63,267 nucleotides of DNA, filler included, from Olpidium bornovanus S191 (GCA_017911155.1; 32 parts of 32 records of this genome joined end to end with filler, not necessarily neighbours in it), one strand, 5' to 3'; counted from the first letter of the whole stretch, positions 48,999 to 61,334 are shown. Made by a program: numbers and translations. The notes: a model not told the origin generated them from the sequence alone.

Positions 48999-50100
48999 GG
49001 TTTTCCGCGTCCGAGGAGCGATGAGGGGTTACGCTGTGGGCGTACGAAAGGCACTGCGCTGGGGCGGATTGCCTCCCCGAATTCCTCTCGTTTGCCCTGG
49101 TTTTTTCGGACTTGACTCTTCTCGACCGAATCCTCAAGAGCGGGGGAAGGGTTGATCCCCAGAATGGCGAAGACTTCAAAGCCGAAGTTTCTTTAGCGAA
49201 AATGCCGGGTCTCTCTCTGGATCTCCCGAAGTTTGTTCCGCGAAAATGCCGAGTTTCTCTCTGGATCTTCCCTTCAATTACGCCGGGGGCCAACGGCAAT
49301 TTGAATTTGGGACCGCTTCTTAAAAGCACTTCTCTGGAATCGCCGCCGGCAGGTTTCGGGAGGGCCGTTGAAAACGGGGGAGGGGAAGGCGGGGAAGGGA
49401 ATTAGCGAGGTTTTTTTCACGTCATGTCCGACGGTCTTTTTTTTTTTTTTTTTCGCTGCTCGGTCTTTTCAGAGGTATGCCACCCGAGGTACGACCCCTA
49501 ATCTGGGAACACCCGCGTGGTTGCCAACCCGTGAATTCCCGTGCAACGAAAAAAGACCTTGCCTACGTTTGTGTGAAGGGCCAGCACAGGATTATCGAGT
49601 GTACTACACTTCCTCAATGGTAAATTGCGTCCATATACTTTTTGCACTAAAAGCAAAAGTTGTACCTTCCAGAAAGCGAAACGCGGTCTACGCCTCGTCC
49701 GGGTTGAATACGGGACAATCAATCCAAACGACAGGGAGTTGCCTGCGATGGCCGTCCCGCCAATCCTTTGGGCCCAGCATACGCAGCCACCGTAATGGGG
49801 CTGGTCAATTGATGATGTGGTGTTGGGGGGGAGGGGCCATGCGGACGGCAGGATGGGAGGCAAGCTTACGACCCCCTTGCATGCGCAAAACCTGCGCTCC
49901 GGGAAGTAAACGCCCAGGACTGACGGTTGTTTTGATGCCGGCAGTGAAGCCCTGAAAAAATGAGTAGGACACGGGGAGGGGAAAGCGGGATGCAGGCCGC
50001 NNNNNNNNNNNNNNNNNNNNNNNNNNNNNNNNNNNNNNNNNNNNTTAATTAATTAANNNNNNNNNNNNNNNNNNNNNNNNNNNNNNNNNNNNNNNNNNNN

Positions 50101-51774
50101 CATGGTGTACGTCTTCCCGCTGCCCGTTTGCCCGCTGATTGAAGGAGGTGGAGCCGTAGTCAACGAATTGTAATCATTTCCGGAGGTTGACGACAGCGAA
50201 AACGGGCGGATTTGTATTGCAGCAACAAGCCACGTACTACGCAAAGCAGGTGCCCTTCCCGCCGGAAAATATGTATTCGACCAGCGGCTGCGCAGTCCGC
50301 TTGTACACCTGCAAGAACGCGTCAATTGGCGTGATCGGTCCTGGGCGATAAATGCGCTTCGATCGTTACCTCTTCGTTCGTCGCATTGGCGTCAAACACT
50401 TCGTCGAAAACGAAAGTGTGCTGCTCCACATATTTCGTCAAGTCCACTTTCGCCCTGACAGTCCGGGAAGAAATTTAGAGCTCTATACACAGAGCCGCAG
50501 CGCAGTATCCGGCTGGCGTGGCCGTGTCCCATACCGAGGGATACTTGGAGACGTACTTCGGTTCGTTGATGATCAGAGTGCGGCGTCCCTGCGCGGCCGC
50601 AATGTCGATCTCTCCCTTTTTTACCTCCTTCTTGCTCAGCGGCCGCTTGCGGACGCACACCCTAATCCTATCGTTCAGGTCACTGACGGATTTGAATCCG
50701 GCACTACCAACTAAACTTCCAGTGGATCCTTGACATGCCGGGGAGGCCGCGCGTTTTGCTACGTTCTGCGGCACCCCGTATGCGTTTAGCCCCGTCCTCT
50801 GCACGACGGGTAAAGATCCCGTGTCAAAAACAGAAACAATGAAATAGTGTCGCCCGGCCGCGCGACGCGTCGAGAGAAGAACGTTACATTGTTGGCGTCG
50901 AAACGTTTCGGAGGCGAGGCGGCTATGGGAGTTTGCGGCCGGGAAGGGGCAGATGGGTACGACGTCGCCCTCGCGACTGGTTGCGGGTTGTGTTCCGCGC
51001 GGTTGCGCCTAACCGGCCGCCCTTCCGCAACGGCCGGTGGGCCCGCCTCGGCTGCCTCAATGGCGAGGCTCGCGGCCGCAGCCTGGACCTGCGCTCTCGC
51101 CTGTCCAGCGGGAGACTCCCCGATCCCGGGGTTCTCGTTTTTGACAAGCTGTATCAGTTGGAAAAGCCTCTTTCGTTCCTCCATGGAAGTGACGCCTAGC
51201 GAGGAATATTCCTGCATCGTCAGCCTAGACCGGGCAAACGAAGTGACCAGCGGTGAGGAAAGGCCGCGCTCTTCGTGTCCGCGGCGAAGAAAACAAGGGG
51301 ACTGTGGGAGGAACGCAACTGGACGAGAGTCTCGAGCTGGGTTATCCCGCGACTTGCGAAGCTGACGGCGCGTCGATTACCGGTTGGAAAGCGGGGCGAG
51401 CCGAAGGGAAACAGGGGAAATGGCGCGCGGACCGTCGTCAGAGGGGGGCGCGTTTCAACTGTTGCCGTCCTTTAAAGGAAAACTGGGTCTTCCTTAGGCC
51501 GTGGCCGGCACCCTTGCGTGCCGAAAATGGACATTATGCATGCGATGTGTTCGTGTGTTCGTTTCAAAGCGCGCCGCCTCCTCCGGTGTCCCGGCCCTCG
51601 TTCTTTACTGCGTGCTCCCGTGTGTTCATCGCTCTCCGTTTCCCTCTCGCCTGGGACCAAGGGCCTTGGACCGGGCGTTCCGCGCTGTCTGATTCCGCGC
51701 GTAACCTCTTTATCTCACCGCGGGTAAAAGTGCTCGAGGTCCTTCCTGCGGAGGGCGTCCAAAAATTGGTTCAT
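50101..51774 (-). CDS. Kinesin-13 with an N-terminal SAM domain (KIF24-like), N-terminal part
   Basis: SAM-like MNQFLDALRRKDLEHFYP / YSSLGVTSMEERKRLFQLIQLVK. Motor: RIRVCVRKRPLSKKEVKKGEIDI...INEPK / VDLTKYVEQHTFVFDEVFD / VYKRTAQPLVEYIFSGGKGTCFA / GQTGSGKTYTM. The VDLTKY loop is diagnostic of kinesin-13. Confidence 0.93.
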
Positions 51775-52444
51775 GGCGGCGCGGGCGGTCGTGTCGACGA
51801 CGGAGGGAACGCGGGCCGGTGGGATCGGGAAGCGGCCGTTCCCCGTTTCGTCGTCGTCGTCGTCGTCGTCACGGGGAATCTTTTCACAAAGTGGGGTGCG
51901 GAGGCACGGATCACGTGACGTGGTTTTCGGTGACGCGGCCCCGAGACCCAACCTCCGCACCCCTCTACTAAGTCACTTGAAAGCTACAGTAAAAAAAAGA
52001 AAAAAAACCCCCCCCCAACCGAAATTGTCCATCAAAACGGGAACCTCTGCACATTATCGTTTACAACCGCCGATTACGTTTGGCGTTGCCCAGGGAAGCG
52101 CCTCAAGATTGCACCGAGCATCCAACCGTTTATCGTCACACGCACTCTTGCGGCCGCTCCTCTGGCGCTTCTCCTGATGATGCGGTTCAGGTTCGCCACG
52201 AGGCCGGCCAAAACCACTCATAGTAGCCAACCCACACTCCCTATCTGCCAGTCGGTGCGGGTGACATTCCGAGCCCCGACCTGATTATAAAGAGCAGTCA
52301 TAGGTGCAATATGCAAATCATTTCTCTTTTAAAAAGTCTACATGNNNNNNNNNNNNNNNNNNNNNNNNNNNNNNNNNNNNNNNNNNNNTTAATTAATTAA
52401 NNNNNNNNNNNNNNNNNNNNNNNNNNNNNNNNNNNNNNNNNNNN

Positions 52445-53203
52445 CTGCCATCAGTGCCAGGCGTTTACGTGCTCCAGGCTACGGAAGGACAGACAACAGC
52501 GTGCATTTTTTTTGTCTATGTGATGACATAATCGTTGCCGGCCGAGATCCAAAAGCTTGTCCATGAAGTCAAGGAAAAGCCAGCCGATAAATTTAAAATA
52601 ACCGACGGAAGCGACATTTTCATCCTGGGCATCAATGTCACCCATCCACGGGGATAGATCCAATCGGTATGGATCAAGCGCATTACAACAATTGGCTACT
52701 TAGAGAGTACAGAATGCTCGACGCCGGGCCCGGTGAGCACCCCCTGTAGAGAGCGATTCCCTCGAAGCATTCTCCGGCACGCGTGAGGCGGAGGCGGCAG
52801 GCGCGACTCGGTGTGCTGAGGCAATCAGATTGCTGCTATGGCTGGCTTCAATGACAAGGCGGGGCCTCGCATTTGCGGTGTCCTCCCTCGCGCGATTTTG
52901 CACTAAACCGACAGTGCGCCACTGGGCCGGGGGTGAAACGTGTTATCCGATACCTGTGAGGCCCCACCACACCGTGGGATCAGCTACACCAGCCGTGTCG
53001 GAAAAGACAGTTTTATCACATTCGCGGACTCTGACTGTGCTGTCTGTTGCGAGACTCGGGCATCGACGACAGGATTCATAGTGATGCACCACGGGGGGCC
53101 AATCTCACGTGGATCAACCCATCAAAAATGCGTCGCCACGTCGTCGTGTGAACTGAACTTGTCGCCCGGTTTCACGGCAGTGCAAGAGACGGCATGGTTG
53201 TGA
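52445..53203 (+). mobile_element. Ty1/copia reverse transcriptase-RNase H pseudogene fragment
   Basis: Frameshifted reading: FFVY(V)DDIIVAG...LLWLASMTRRGLAFAVSSLARFCTKPTVRHW...KRVIRYL*G...FADSDCA...RASTTGF...KCVATSSCE...AVQETAWL. Confidence 0.92.
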
Positions 53204-54659
53204 TCAAATCTCAAATTTTCCCTGACGCTCAGGCCCGCGTCCAAGTGCATCGCTTGGCGGGGACTAAGTCCTCCCCATTTATCACCGGAGCACCAGCTGT
53301 TTCCCCCTGGCCCGAAACGGGCTGTGTATAAAGAGCGCGGCATATGGCCCCGCACATGGAGCCCTGCAGCAAATGCCTCTTTTGACTCTGCTTCCCATCG
53401 CGCCGCGTTCTTTTCGGGTTCCACAAGTTGCGACGGGGGAAGCGTCTGCTCAGGCCGGCCAACGCTCTCCGCGAGTGCATTGCATTCACCCCCTGGTCAC
53501 GTTTTTTTTTTTTTTTTTTTTTTTCTTCTTTTGCTGCGCTGTGTGGACGGAGAACGGGGGGGGGGGGTTAACCCCGCCCGGCCTGCCCTGCAAGAGCGAG
53601 CGCACACCGCCGCGCTTCTCCGTCCGCTTCCCGCCCGCAGCTTCTCACCTCCCCCCCCCCCCCCCCCCCCCCCCTTTCCCCCCGCCCCCCCCCCAACGCT
53701 CCTCCTCCTCGCCCACCTCCTTCTCTTCCCCGGTGTCGCCCCGGCCCCGAGCCACCCAACCGGCAGGGCCGAAGGGAAAAAAAAAANNNNNNNNNNNNNN
53801 NNNNNNNNNNNNNNNNNNNNNNNNNNNNNNTTAATTAATTAANNNNNNNNNNNNNNNNNNNNNNNNNNNNNNNNNNNNNNNNNNNNCGAAGTCACCCCCG
53901 GGGCCCCCCCCCCCCCCAGCCCCCCCCGCGGGAACCCCCCCCCACCCAACCCCCCCCCCCCCGACTGCCCCCGCACCCCACCGCACGCGAGAGCTCGGAG
54001 CCCTGCGTGGTAACCGCGCGGGAAGGGACCGAACGCACCGCGTCGACAGACGCGACATCGAGGGACGGTTTTTGCCGTCGAATTGCCCTCCGCTCGACGT
54101 CGACGAGCATAAATAGCGTCCCTTCCGCTCCGTAGCTCAACTTGGACCCTACCCGATTTAACTTAACCTAGCCTTGCCCTTTCGACTGCACTTGCCAGCC
54201 CCCGTCACCTTACCTGTAGCTCCTTGCACAGACCTGACGAGGGAGAGGAATAGACGCTTAACCTTGCCGCAGTACAAAGGTTCTGTATACCGGTTGTTGG
54301 TGCCGGCGGGGTGTCCTGTTTACCGGTCGCGGCGGCAATGCCGGTGAGGGGGGTAGCGCTATTTCTAGGGGGGGCTAGCACAGCCGGCAATCGGGAACCA
54401 TCTGCGACAACACCCCGGTGGCACAGTCCGCCGCTCTGGACCACACAACAGTGGCGCGGCGGCACAGCCCGCGGCGGCCGGTGACACTACCCACACAACA
54501 GCGGCACAGTCCGTGCCAGCGGCACTGCCCGTGACAGGAACACACCTTAGTACGCCTGGGGGGGGTGTTGTGTCTGGGTGCCAACGAGATCTTGGTCTTT
54601 TGGGGGTGGTTTTTCCAGGTTTTGTGGAAATTTTGTGTTCTGGGAAGGAAGTTGCTGGG

Positions 54660-56135
54660 GGAAGATGAGCTGCTGTAGTCCGTTTTTTTTGACTTTAAAT
54701 AAATTGATTATTCAGGCCTATAATTTACTACTTAATAACCTCTGATACCTTATACATTTCACCCGGAACAGGGACTATAAAGTAAGAGAGGGACGACTGT
54801 AACACAGAACTGCACGAGGAGCCTCCGGAGCCTTCATCTTCCTCAGGTTATGAGCCCAAAGGTCACACGCAGCCCTCCAACCTCCATGGATCGTGAACAT
54901 TCCGCACTAAGACAGCCCAACGAGGGCGCTACAGCTGCCGATGCGGTTGCTCGTCACGCTACGAAATGCAGAGCGCCGTTAGTCATGAGCAGCGGCGGTG
55001 CGGAGGGCCAAGTAAGTACCACTCCGCTAACATCCCAGCTCTTTGAGGAGGCGGGCTGCCACATGCAAACCACACGCGCGAGGCCAACGGTCGCCGAAGC
55101 CGACCGTGCAGTGCTTCTGGAAGCTCGTTTGGAAGCTCTTTCGCAAGAACATGAAGAGGAAAAAAACAGAAACCTGCGCGCAGTTCGAACAACCGCGCAC
55201 GCAGTTGAATCAGCTAACCTCTCCTCTCCAGCAGTTGCTGAACAAAAAAGAAAAACAGGCTTGATGGCCAGAATGACGAAGACTGCACGAGCTCCGACGA
55301 AGAAGTAATGTCAGTCGCATCGTCATCATGTGCACGCACTAATAACGCACGTTCGCGCCCGGTAGCTCGAGAACTCCACCCGAATGCTTTCTCGCAACAG
55401 TTAGATGAGGAGACGGGCCACCACGTGACATGGCAATTATGCCAACTGCTAAGTGATATTCCCACTTACGACGGAGGCGGCAGAGCTGATATGCTTAAAG
55501 CATTTATCGAAAAATTTGATACTTATGATCGGCAGAGTCGAGGGTTCGTTTTTGATAGCATGAAACTAGACCAGGCAGTTCAAAAACTGCAAAAACATGC
55601 GCATAAGTTGTGGTTAACGCACTCTCGCAAACGCATGCCCGGCGACCACAAATGTTGGGTGACCTGGCCGCAACTACGATCCGCCTTACAAAAGCGATTT
55701 TTCCCTCCCGACTACGAACGCGAACTTGGAAGAAAACTTGCTAAGATCAGTTTATCGAAGTTCAACAGTGTTACTGCTTACATAGATGTGTTCAATACCA
55801 TTTATATGCAGCTCCCCGACGTCGAAGAGACAGACAAACAGCTCATCACGCAGTTCGTTATCGGCCTCCCGGCCTTTATGCATGAGCGTTTTGAGTACCT
55901 GCCAGGGGAACCCGAGAACATCCAGGATGCACAGAAAGCTGTGTCCCTTCTCGCTAACCATGTTACCTGGCCTAAACTAAAAAGTCAAGCGCATTACTCG
56001 GCAGTCAAGGGCGGCAACCACAACAAGAAGGACGGGAAAGGCATGTATCGCACAAAGAACGGTACGCTGATTCCATTTTCCTAAATTATCTGCCGTAACT
56101 GCAAATAGAAGGGTCATTTTGCGAATCGGTGTCGA
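54660..56135 (+). mobile_element. LTR retroelement 5' part: LTR ending at 54845 (start uncertain), half-tRNAiMet PBS and frameshifted Ty3-type gag with a CCHC knuckle
   Basis: ...CTTCCTCA is followed directly by GGTTATGAGCCC (54846-54857), with TATAAA upstream. Gag: YDGG...FIEKFDTY...KLQKHAHKLW...VTWPQLRSALQKRFFPPDYERELGRKL...SVTAYIDVFNTI; knuckle CRNCK*KGHFANRC at 56091-56132. Confidence 0.8.
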
Positions 56136-56528
56136 TAAAAGAAAAGCTGTTTATACCTGTGAGTTCCCCCTTTATTTTTATATTACCCGCCGGCAATTCC
56201 TCCCTCTATTCTATGGGTTTCTATCGCATTCTATCCTCGCTCCGGTTCCCTTTATTCCATCTAGAGGCGGCATCCTGGATCCAATCCCAGGCGCCCTGGT
56301 TGCGGTTTTGTCACGTTATAGCTTCGTTGTGTGGTGGCGCCCAGCAGCTCACACACATCCAATGTGTGGCGCCCGGCCGGCACCACACACACCGAGTTCC
56401 TTGACTGGTCGCATGAGTCGAGCCACACCACAGTGAGTGACAGTGCGTCTCCTCCGGCACATGACCCGCGGGCCCACATGGGGATTCCACACATGCGGAC
56501 GGCCATCCGCATGGGAAAGCCCACACGG

Positions 56529-56645
56529 GCGCCCGCACGAGCGCCCGCACGAGCGCCCGCACGAGCGCCCGCACGAGCGCCCGCACGAGCGCCCGCACGA
56601 GCGCCCGCACGAGCGCCCGCACGAGCGCCCGCACGAGCGCCCGCA
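56529..56645 (+). repeat. 12-bp minisatellite (GCGCCCGCACGA) x~10, running into the gap
   Basis: Perfect tandem copies. Confidence 0.97.
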
Positions 56646-58399
56646 NNNNNNNNNNNNNNNNNNNNNNNNNNNNNNNNNNNNNNNNNNNNTTAATTAATTA
56701 ANNNNNNNNNNNNNNNNNNNNNNNNNNNNNNNNNNNNNNNNNNNNCATGGTCACGCATACCACTGCTCCACACCAGCGTCCATAGCGACGTGTGACAAGC
56801 AACACAGACAGAAACAGCCTTTGACGCGTTTTCCACTGCTTTTGCTGCTGCGATTTCCGCTCACTTTTGCCGTGCCTCGCTTCTCGCTGCTTCCCACCGA
56901 ATGCGACAGGCAGCAACGCTTCCCGCATCAACCCTCACCAATATTGCGGTTTTCCCGCTTCTTCTTGCTGCCATGCAACATGCAACAACCCCACTGACAT
57001 TGTCACGCTTCCCCTATTTTTTCCACCATCGTTTTCCTGCTGCTGCTCCTGCCGCCGTGCGATGTGCAGCACAACCGGCCTTTGATGTGCTTTCCTTTAG
57101 ATTCCCCCCACCACCGCCCGCCAATCTTCCTTTTCCGAGATTACCCCTCCTGACGATCTGCATGCCGATCCTCTTGCCTCTGGCTGTCCTTGTCGCACAT
57201 ATTTCGTACATAGAACGGCGCAACGCACGCAGAACCCAAAAAGAAAGAACTGCGCCGAACCTCGCGACATGTTGTGGGCCCGCCTCCTCGGACCATCTAC
57301 GACCTACGCGCGACGGTCCTCGCGGCCCGTCCCCAGCCCTCATCCTGCCCCTCGCGCAGTCACCCTCGCCATCCTCGCGCCGTCACCTGGCGTTCGGCAC
57401 ATCACCTAGGTTTTCGAGCCATCAAATGCGATTGCGCCGTCTCAAACGCCGCCGCCGCCAGCGGCGCCGCCCTTCTACGGTTCGCGACGTCACCGAGTTC
57501 ACGTCAATACCGGGTTCGCAGGGTCGACTACGGTCTTCGCTCCGTCACGTTCGGTTCGCGCCATCACCGGCGACTCGAGTCGTAGACTTCGGACATATTC
57601 TTGCCGTCACCTACAGCCATCATCCAACCGTCACCAGCGGTCCTTGCGGCCCATCACATACGATTCGCGCCGTCAACCCTACAACAAAAGAGAAGAGAGA
57701 AATGCCGCCGTCAAACGCGGGCTCCTCGCGCATTTACGACCAGTGCCCGCCTGTGTCTTCTAACGTGATCCAGACTTCCTTAAAATTTTCTACCAATTAC
57801 ATCCGGAACTGAGGTATCACGTGACTATGCACAGTCCGGTGTCTGCGTAATCCTAGCCAAAAATCCTACTTTGCAATTAAATATTATTGAGTTGACCTGA
57901 ATAAATAATTACCATATCACGTGTACCACGTATTGACACTTACGCGGAGAGCAGGTTTGGGTTACGCGAAGAGGGGAACCTTCCTTTCTGACACCCATGC
58001 CAACCCTTGGCCAAAACCACGGAAGACCTTGCTGCTGGCATTCCAATTCTGCGTTCTGCGGTTCGCAGCAAACCGGGCGGCGAACGCCTCGTAATACAAC
58101 ACAATCGTATCGAACGTGTCCATACTGAGCTCAACTTCTGGTTGGTGTCAGCAAGTGTGCTGCATAGGCCCGCTTTACCCACGACGAGTTTGTTCTTTAA
58201 TGGCCGCTCCCTTCAAATCGCAAGTTTCTTCACCCTGCAGGTCGAGGAGTTCGTCAGAACCGAGGCGTTTTGGTGGAGGAAACTGGCTGGTAGAGGCACC
58301 CTTCAGAACCGAAACGTTTTGTGGAGGAAGCTGGCCGTGTTGGTGATCAGCTGACGGGCGCGTTATTGATCATTACAGCGAGTAACACCGGGGGAAGTG

Positions 58400-58784
58400 G
58401 GCCCGGGCTTGCCAGGTGGCTGCCTGGCATTTCTGAGCGCGCTGCACTATGGCTTCTACGCCACACTTGTCAAGAAGTGCGTGAGCGACGGGGATTCTGT
58501 GTCCCCCGCCCTGTTCTGCAGGCTTGTTGGTACCCTCAATATCATCATGCTCTGGCCGGGCTTTTTGGCCCTGAACGACGCCGGCATCAAGCCCTTCAAG
58601 ATTTCCTCGTCGGGCTAGGTATGGATGTTCATCCTCCTCAACGCGATTCTTGGCACGTTCCTGTCCGACTACGCGTGGCTCTGGAGCGTGCTGCTCACGG
58701 GCTTGTTCGTGGTCACATCGGGGATTCCGCTTACAGGGAGTTACGCCATTCCTGATCTCTGCTAAGTCGGGCGTGTTCCGCGGG
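58400..58784 (+). pseudogene. SLC35F5/THI74-like drug/metabolite transporter pseudogene fragment
   Basis: LAFLSALHYGFYATLVKK...LFCRLVGTLNIIMLWPGF...GIKPFKISSSG*VWMFILLNAILGTFLSDYAWLWSVLLT, with an in-frame TAG at 58616-58618 and substitutions at normally conserved positions. Confidence 0.75.
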
Positions 58785-58884
58785 NNNNNNNNNNNNNNNN
58801 NNNNNNNNNNNNNNNNNNNNNNNNNNNNTTAATTAATTAANNNNNNNNNNNNNNNNNNNNNNNNNNNNNNNNNNNNNNNNNNNN

Positions 58885-60179
58885 ACATGGAATAGGCGAG
58901 TAGGCTACGGCGGCCTGTCGAAAAGAAATTGAGGCGAACGTAGGATTCCCCTCTAGGCTGAGCGGAGCTTTGGTCGGAGTCGCTTTCGCGGCGGGGCACC
59001 GGCGGAGGGCAGTGACGAGCGTGTATCACCGGGTCGGACGGGTCACCGTTCACAAACTCGTGCAGACGCTCGACGCGAAAGTAAGCAGTGTCATTTCGGT
59101 TGTCTAGCCTGTGGCCGAATGCAGAGATGAAGAACGACATAATCGGCTGATATCCAAGGAGGACATCGCTGGGAGCTTGCGACTCCAAAGCGCAAAAAGG
59201 GGGAGTTAGCTTAAGACCGTCGCTGCACGGCAGCGCGTGGTATAATTATCGGAATTGGACAAACACCTTCAAAGGCAAACGTAGTCGTATATGCTCAGCC
59301 TCCCGTGCGAGCAAGCGGAACGGCACGACAACTTTGATGTACCAGTTCTCGCCGTCGATATCCTCCTCCCGCTCCAGGAACAGCCCGATGTCAAGCAGGT
59401 GCTGCTCAAATTCGGCGCGTTCCTCTAATTTCCGGTAGTCTTCCTCCGACAACGAGCTTAAGCCATCGGTGTCGTTGGTGTGCGAGCGTGTACCCACCGT
59501 GAATCTTTCTGGCGGCGCTGGGTGCTTGAAGATATAGTCGTACCGTGCTGAGCCCAGAACGAGCTTGGCGACGGCGTCGCTGTTCTCGTGGTCGGCTTTA
59601 CGCGCATAAACGAGCATAAAAAACTTAAGCATCTGGTCCTGCCGTCCAACTGTCGAAAATGCATCCGGCGCTCACTTCTCGGACATCAAACGGCGGGGTC
59701 ATGGCCGGAGGAGAGTGGGGGAGACGGGGGGGGTCCTCACCAAATAATTCCACAAGACTCAAAAGGTCTACGTCTTTGTCTTTCACAAAGTCGCACATCG
59801 CGTTGAAAAGCGCAACATCCCGCTCCCTCCATAACATGATGGTCCGCCCTTCTTGACTATTGAACTTCACGTCGGCGTAGAGCTCATCGAGAGATGACGC
59901 CGGTCGTGGCCCACGTTTCGCCCGCCACCTGCTGGTGCTCCGGCTGCGAGCGCCGTGCTGACTAATGTCGTTCACCTTGCGCGATCGGGGCGACCACGAA
60001 TGACCGCTTTCGGGTGCGTGCCTCTGTTCTGAGGGCGGCAAGAGCTGCTCGGTCGAAAACTTGTCCCCGGCGTCACGGCCGCTCTGGCGCAGCTCGCGCA
60101 ACTCCGTTTCGCGGTTCTCCGTGGAGGGGGGGCGGCGCCAAGGGCCACTCCAGCCGTCGCGCGAGTCCCGCGCAGCCAT
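58885..60179 (-). CDS. Anoctamin/TMEM16, N-terminal cytoplasmic (dimerisation) region
   Basis: ERAEFEQHLLDIGLFLEREEDIDGENWYIKVVVPFRLLAREAEHIRLRLPLK matches the anoctamin RxxFExxL...GLxLE...K...P...L...AE...PxK motif; neighbouring exons have GT-AG sites; ATG at 60179. Confidence 0.82.
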
Positions 60180-60622
60180 GGCATGCGGGTGGCGAGAGCG
60201 ACACAGGGCGGTTTCCGGAGGACAGCAGCGGCGGGCGGTTCTCAAGGCGGCCGCGCGATCTCCGCGGGCGGAGGGGCGGGCGGTGGGGAGACGGGCGGGA
60301 GGAGACGATCGGCGCGCGGGTTGGGGGAAGGCGGAGGGGGCCCCAGGCGCGTTTCCTGCCTGGGTGCGGCGCGTGCGGCACCGACACGCGGCGGCCTTGC
60401 CGAACCTCTCAATTGCCCGAAGTGGAGAGTGACAGCCGAAACGGGCCCTTGTGGGCACAACGCCCAGGAACTGGGTTGCTTTCCTCGCCCACGCACAACT
60501 GCAGATCCGCGGAACCAGCGACCGTGTGGACAAGGCGTCGAAATTGCGTCACGGCCGGCGGCCGGCGTTCCGCACACAAAAGCTTGAACGTCGTATACCG
60601 GTCTGATAATAACTCGACAGTG

Positions 60623-61080
60623 AAAAATTCGCAAATTCGCGAAATTCGAATCGGGAAATTCCCGGATTTGCGGCATCCACAGACTCGCACATAATCGGGA
60701 TTTGCAAATTTGCAAGATTTTGGGGATTGGGAGACTTGCAGATTTGCAGGATTTGCAGGATTTGCGGGATTTGCGGGATTTTCAGATTCGCATCTGCTAT
60801 TATGCTAAACTATTGGTCGTTTTCGGTCTCGACGCGGAACGGACGGAGAGGTTTTTGTTGAGATTGCTGACTTTTGGGAAACACACCAAAAAAAAAGTCA
60901 CAGAGATTTTTAAAAGATACCGGAGGAGCGAGCCGTCCTGCGCTGCCGAGGGGTTTGCCCACGATTATCTTCGCGGGGATTAAATAGATTAAGATCAGGT
61001 CTAGATCGCGATTCACGAATTCTGATTTAAAACTGGAGTGTTTGCAGGGTTCACAGGATTTGTAGGTTTACAGGATTCTT
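60623..61080. repeat. Clusters of short 8-9-bp repeats (GATTTGCAG/GATTTGCGG and inverted AAATTCGC-type)
   Basis: Visible at 60623-60790 and in degenerate form at ~61040-61080. Confidence 0.75.
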
Positions 61081-61217
61081 CAAGGAATGAGAAGCGAGAA
61101 ACGTCAGGAGTCATGNNNNNNNNNNNNNNNNNNNNNNNNNNNNNNNNNNNNNNNNNNNNTTAATTAATTAANNNNNNNNNNNNNNNNNNNNNNNNNNNNN
61201 NNNNNNNNNNNNNNNAC

Positions 61218-61334
61218 CCTTCGGCTACACATTTTCAAGTCAACGATTTGTCCACGCCGCTAGGCGTCTATCCTGCGGTGCTGCTGCGTGGCGCCGACAT
61301 CGAAAGTGTTGATTTCACATTGGAATTGCCATGA
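61218..61334 (+). CDS. Probable Gemin7 (SMN complex), C-terminal fragment
   Basis: Too short for the ORF track. PSATHFQVNDLSTPLGVYPAVLLRGADIESVDFTLELP* matches the Gemin7 pattern FxVSxLxTPxGxxxxALLRxxDI. Confidence 0.58.
   Translation, partial: PSATHFQVNDLSTPLGVYPAVLLRGADIESVDFTLELP

Noticed and set aside
49465-49615. TBC/Gyp1 Rab-GAP exon (GMPPEVRPLIW...GCQPVNS)
   Set aside because: About 11 residues resemble the TBC start, but similarity is lost immediately and no flanking TBC exons were found.
57810-57930. Solo LTR around TCACGTGAC and AATAAA
   Set aside because: I could not identify matching TG...CA inverted termini or a TSD.
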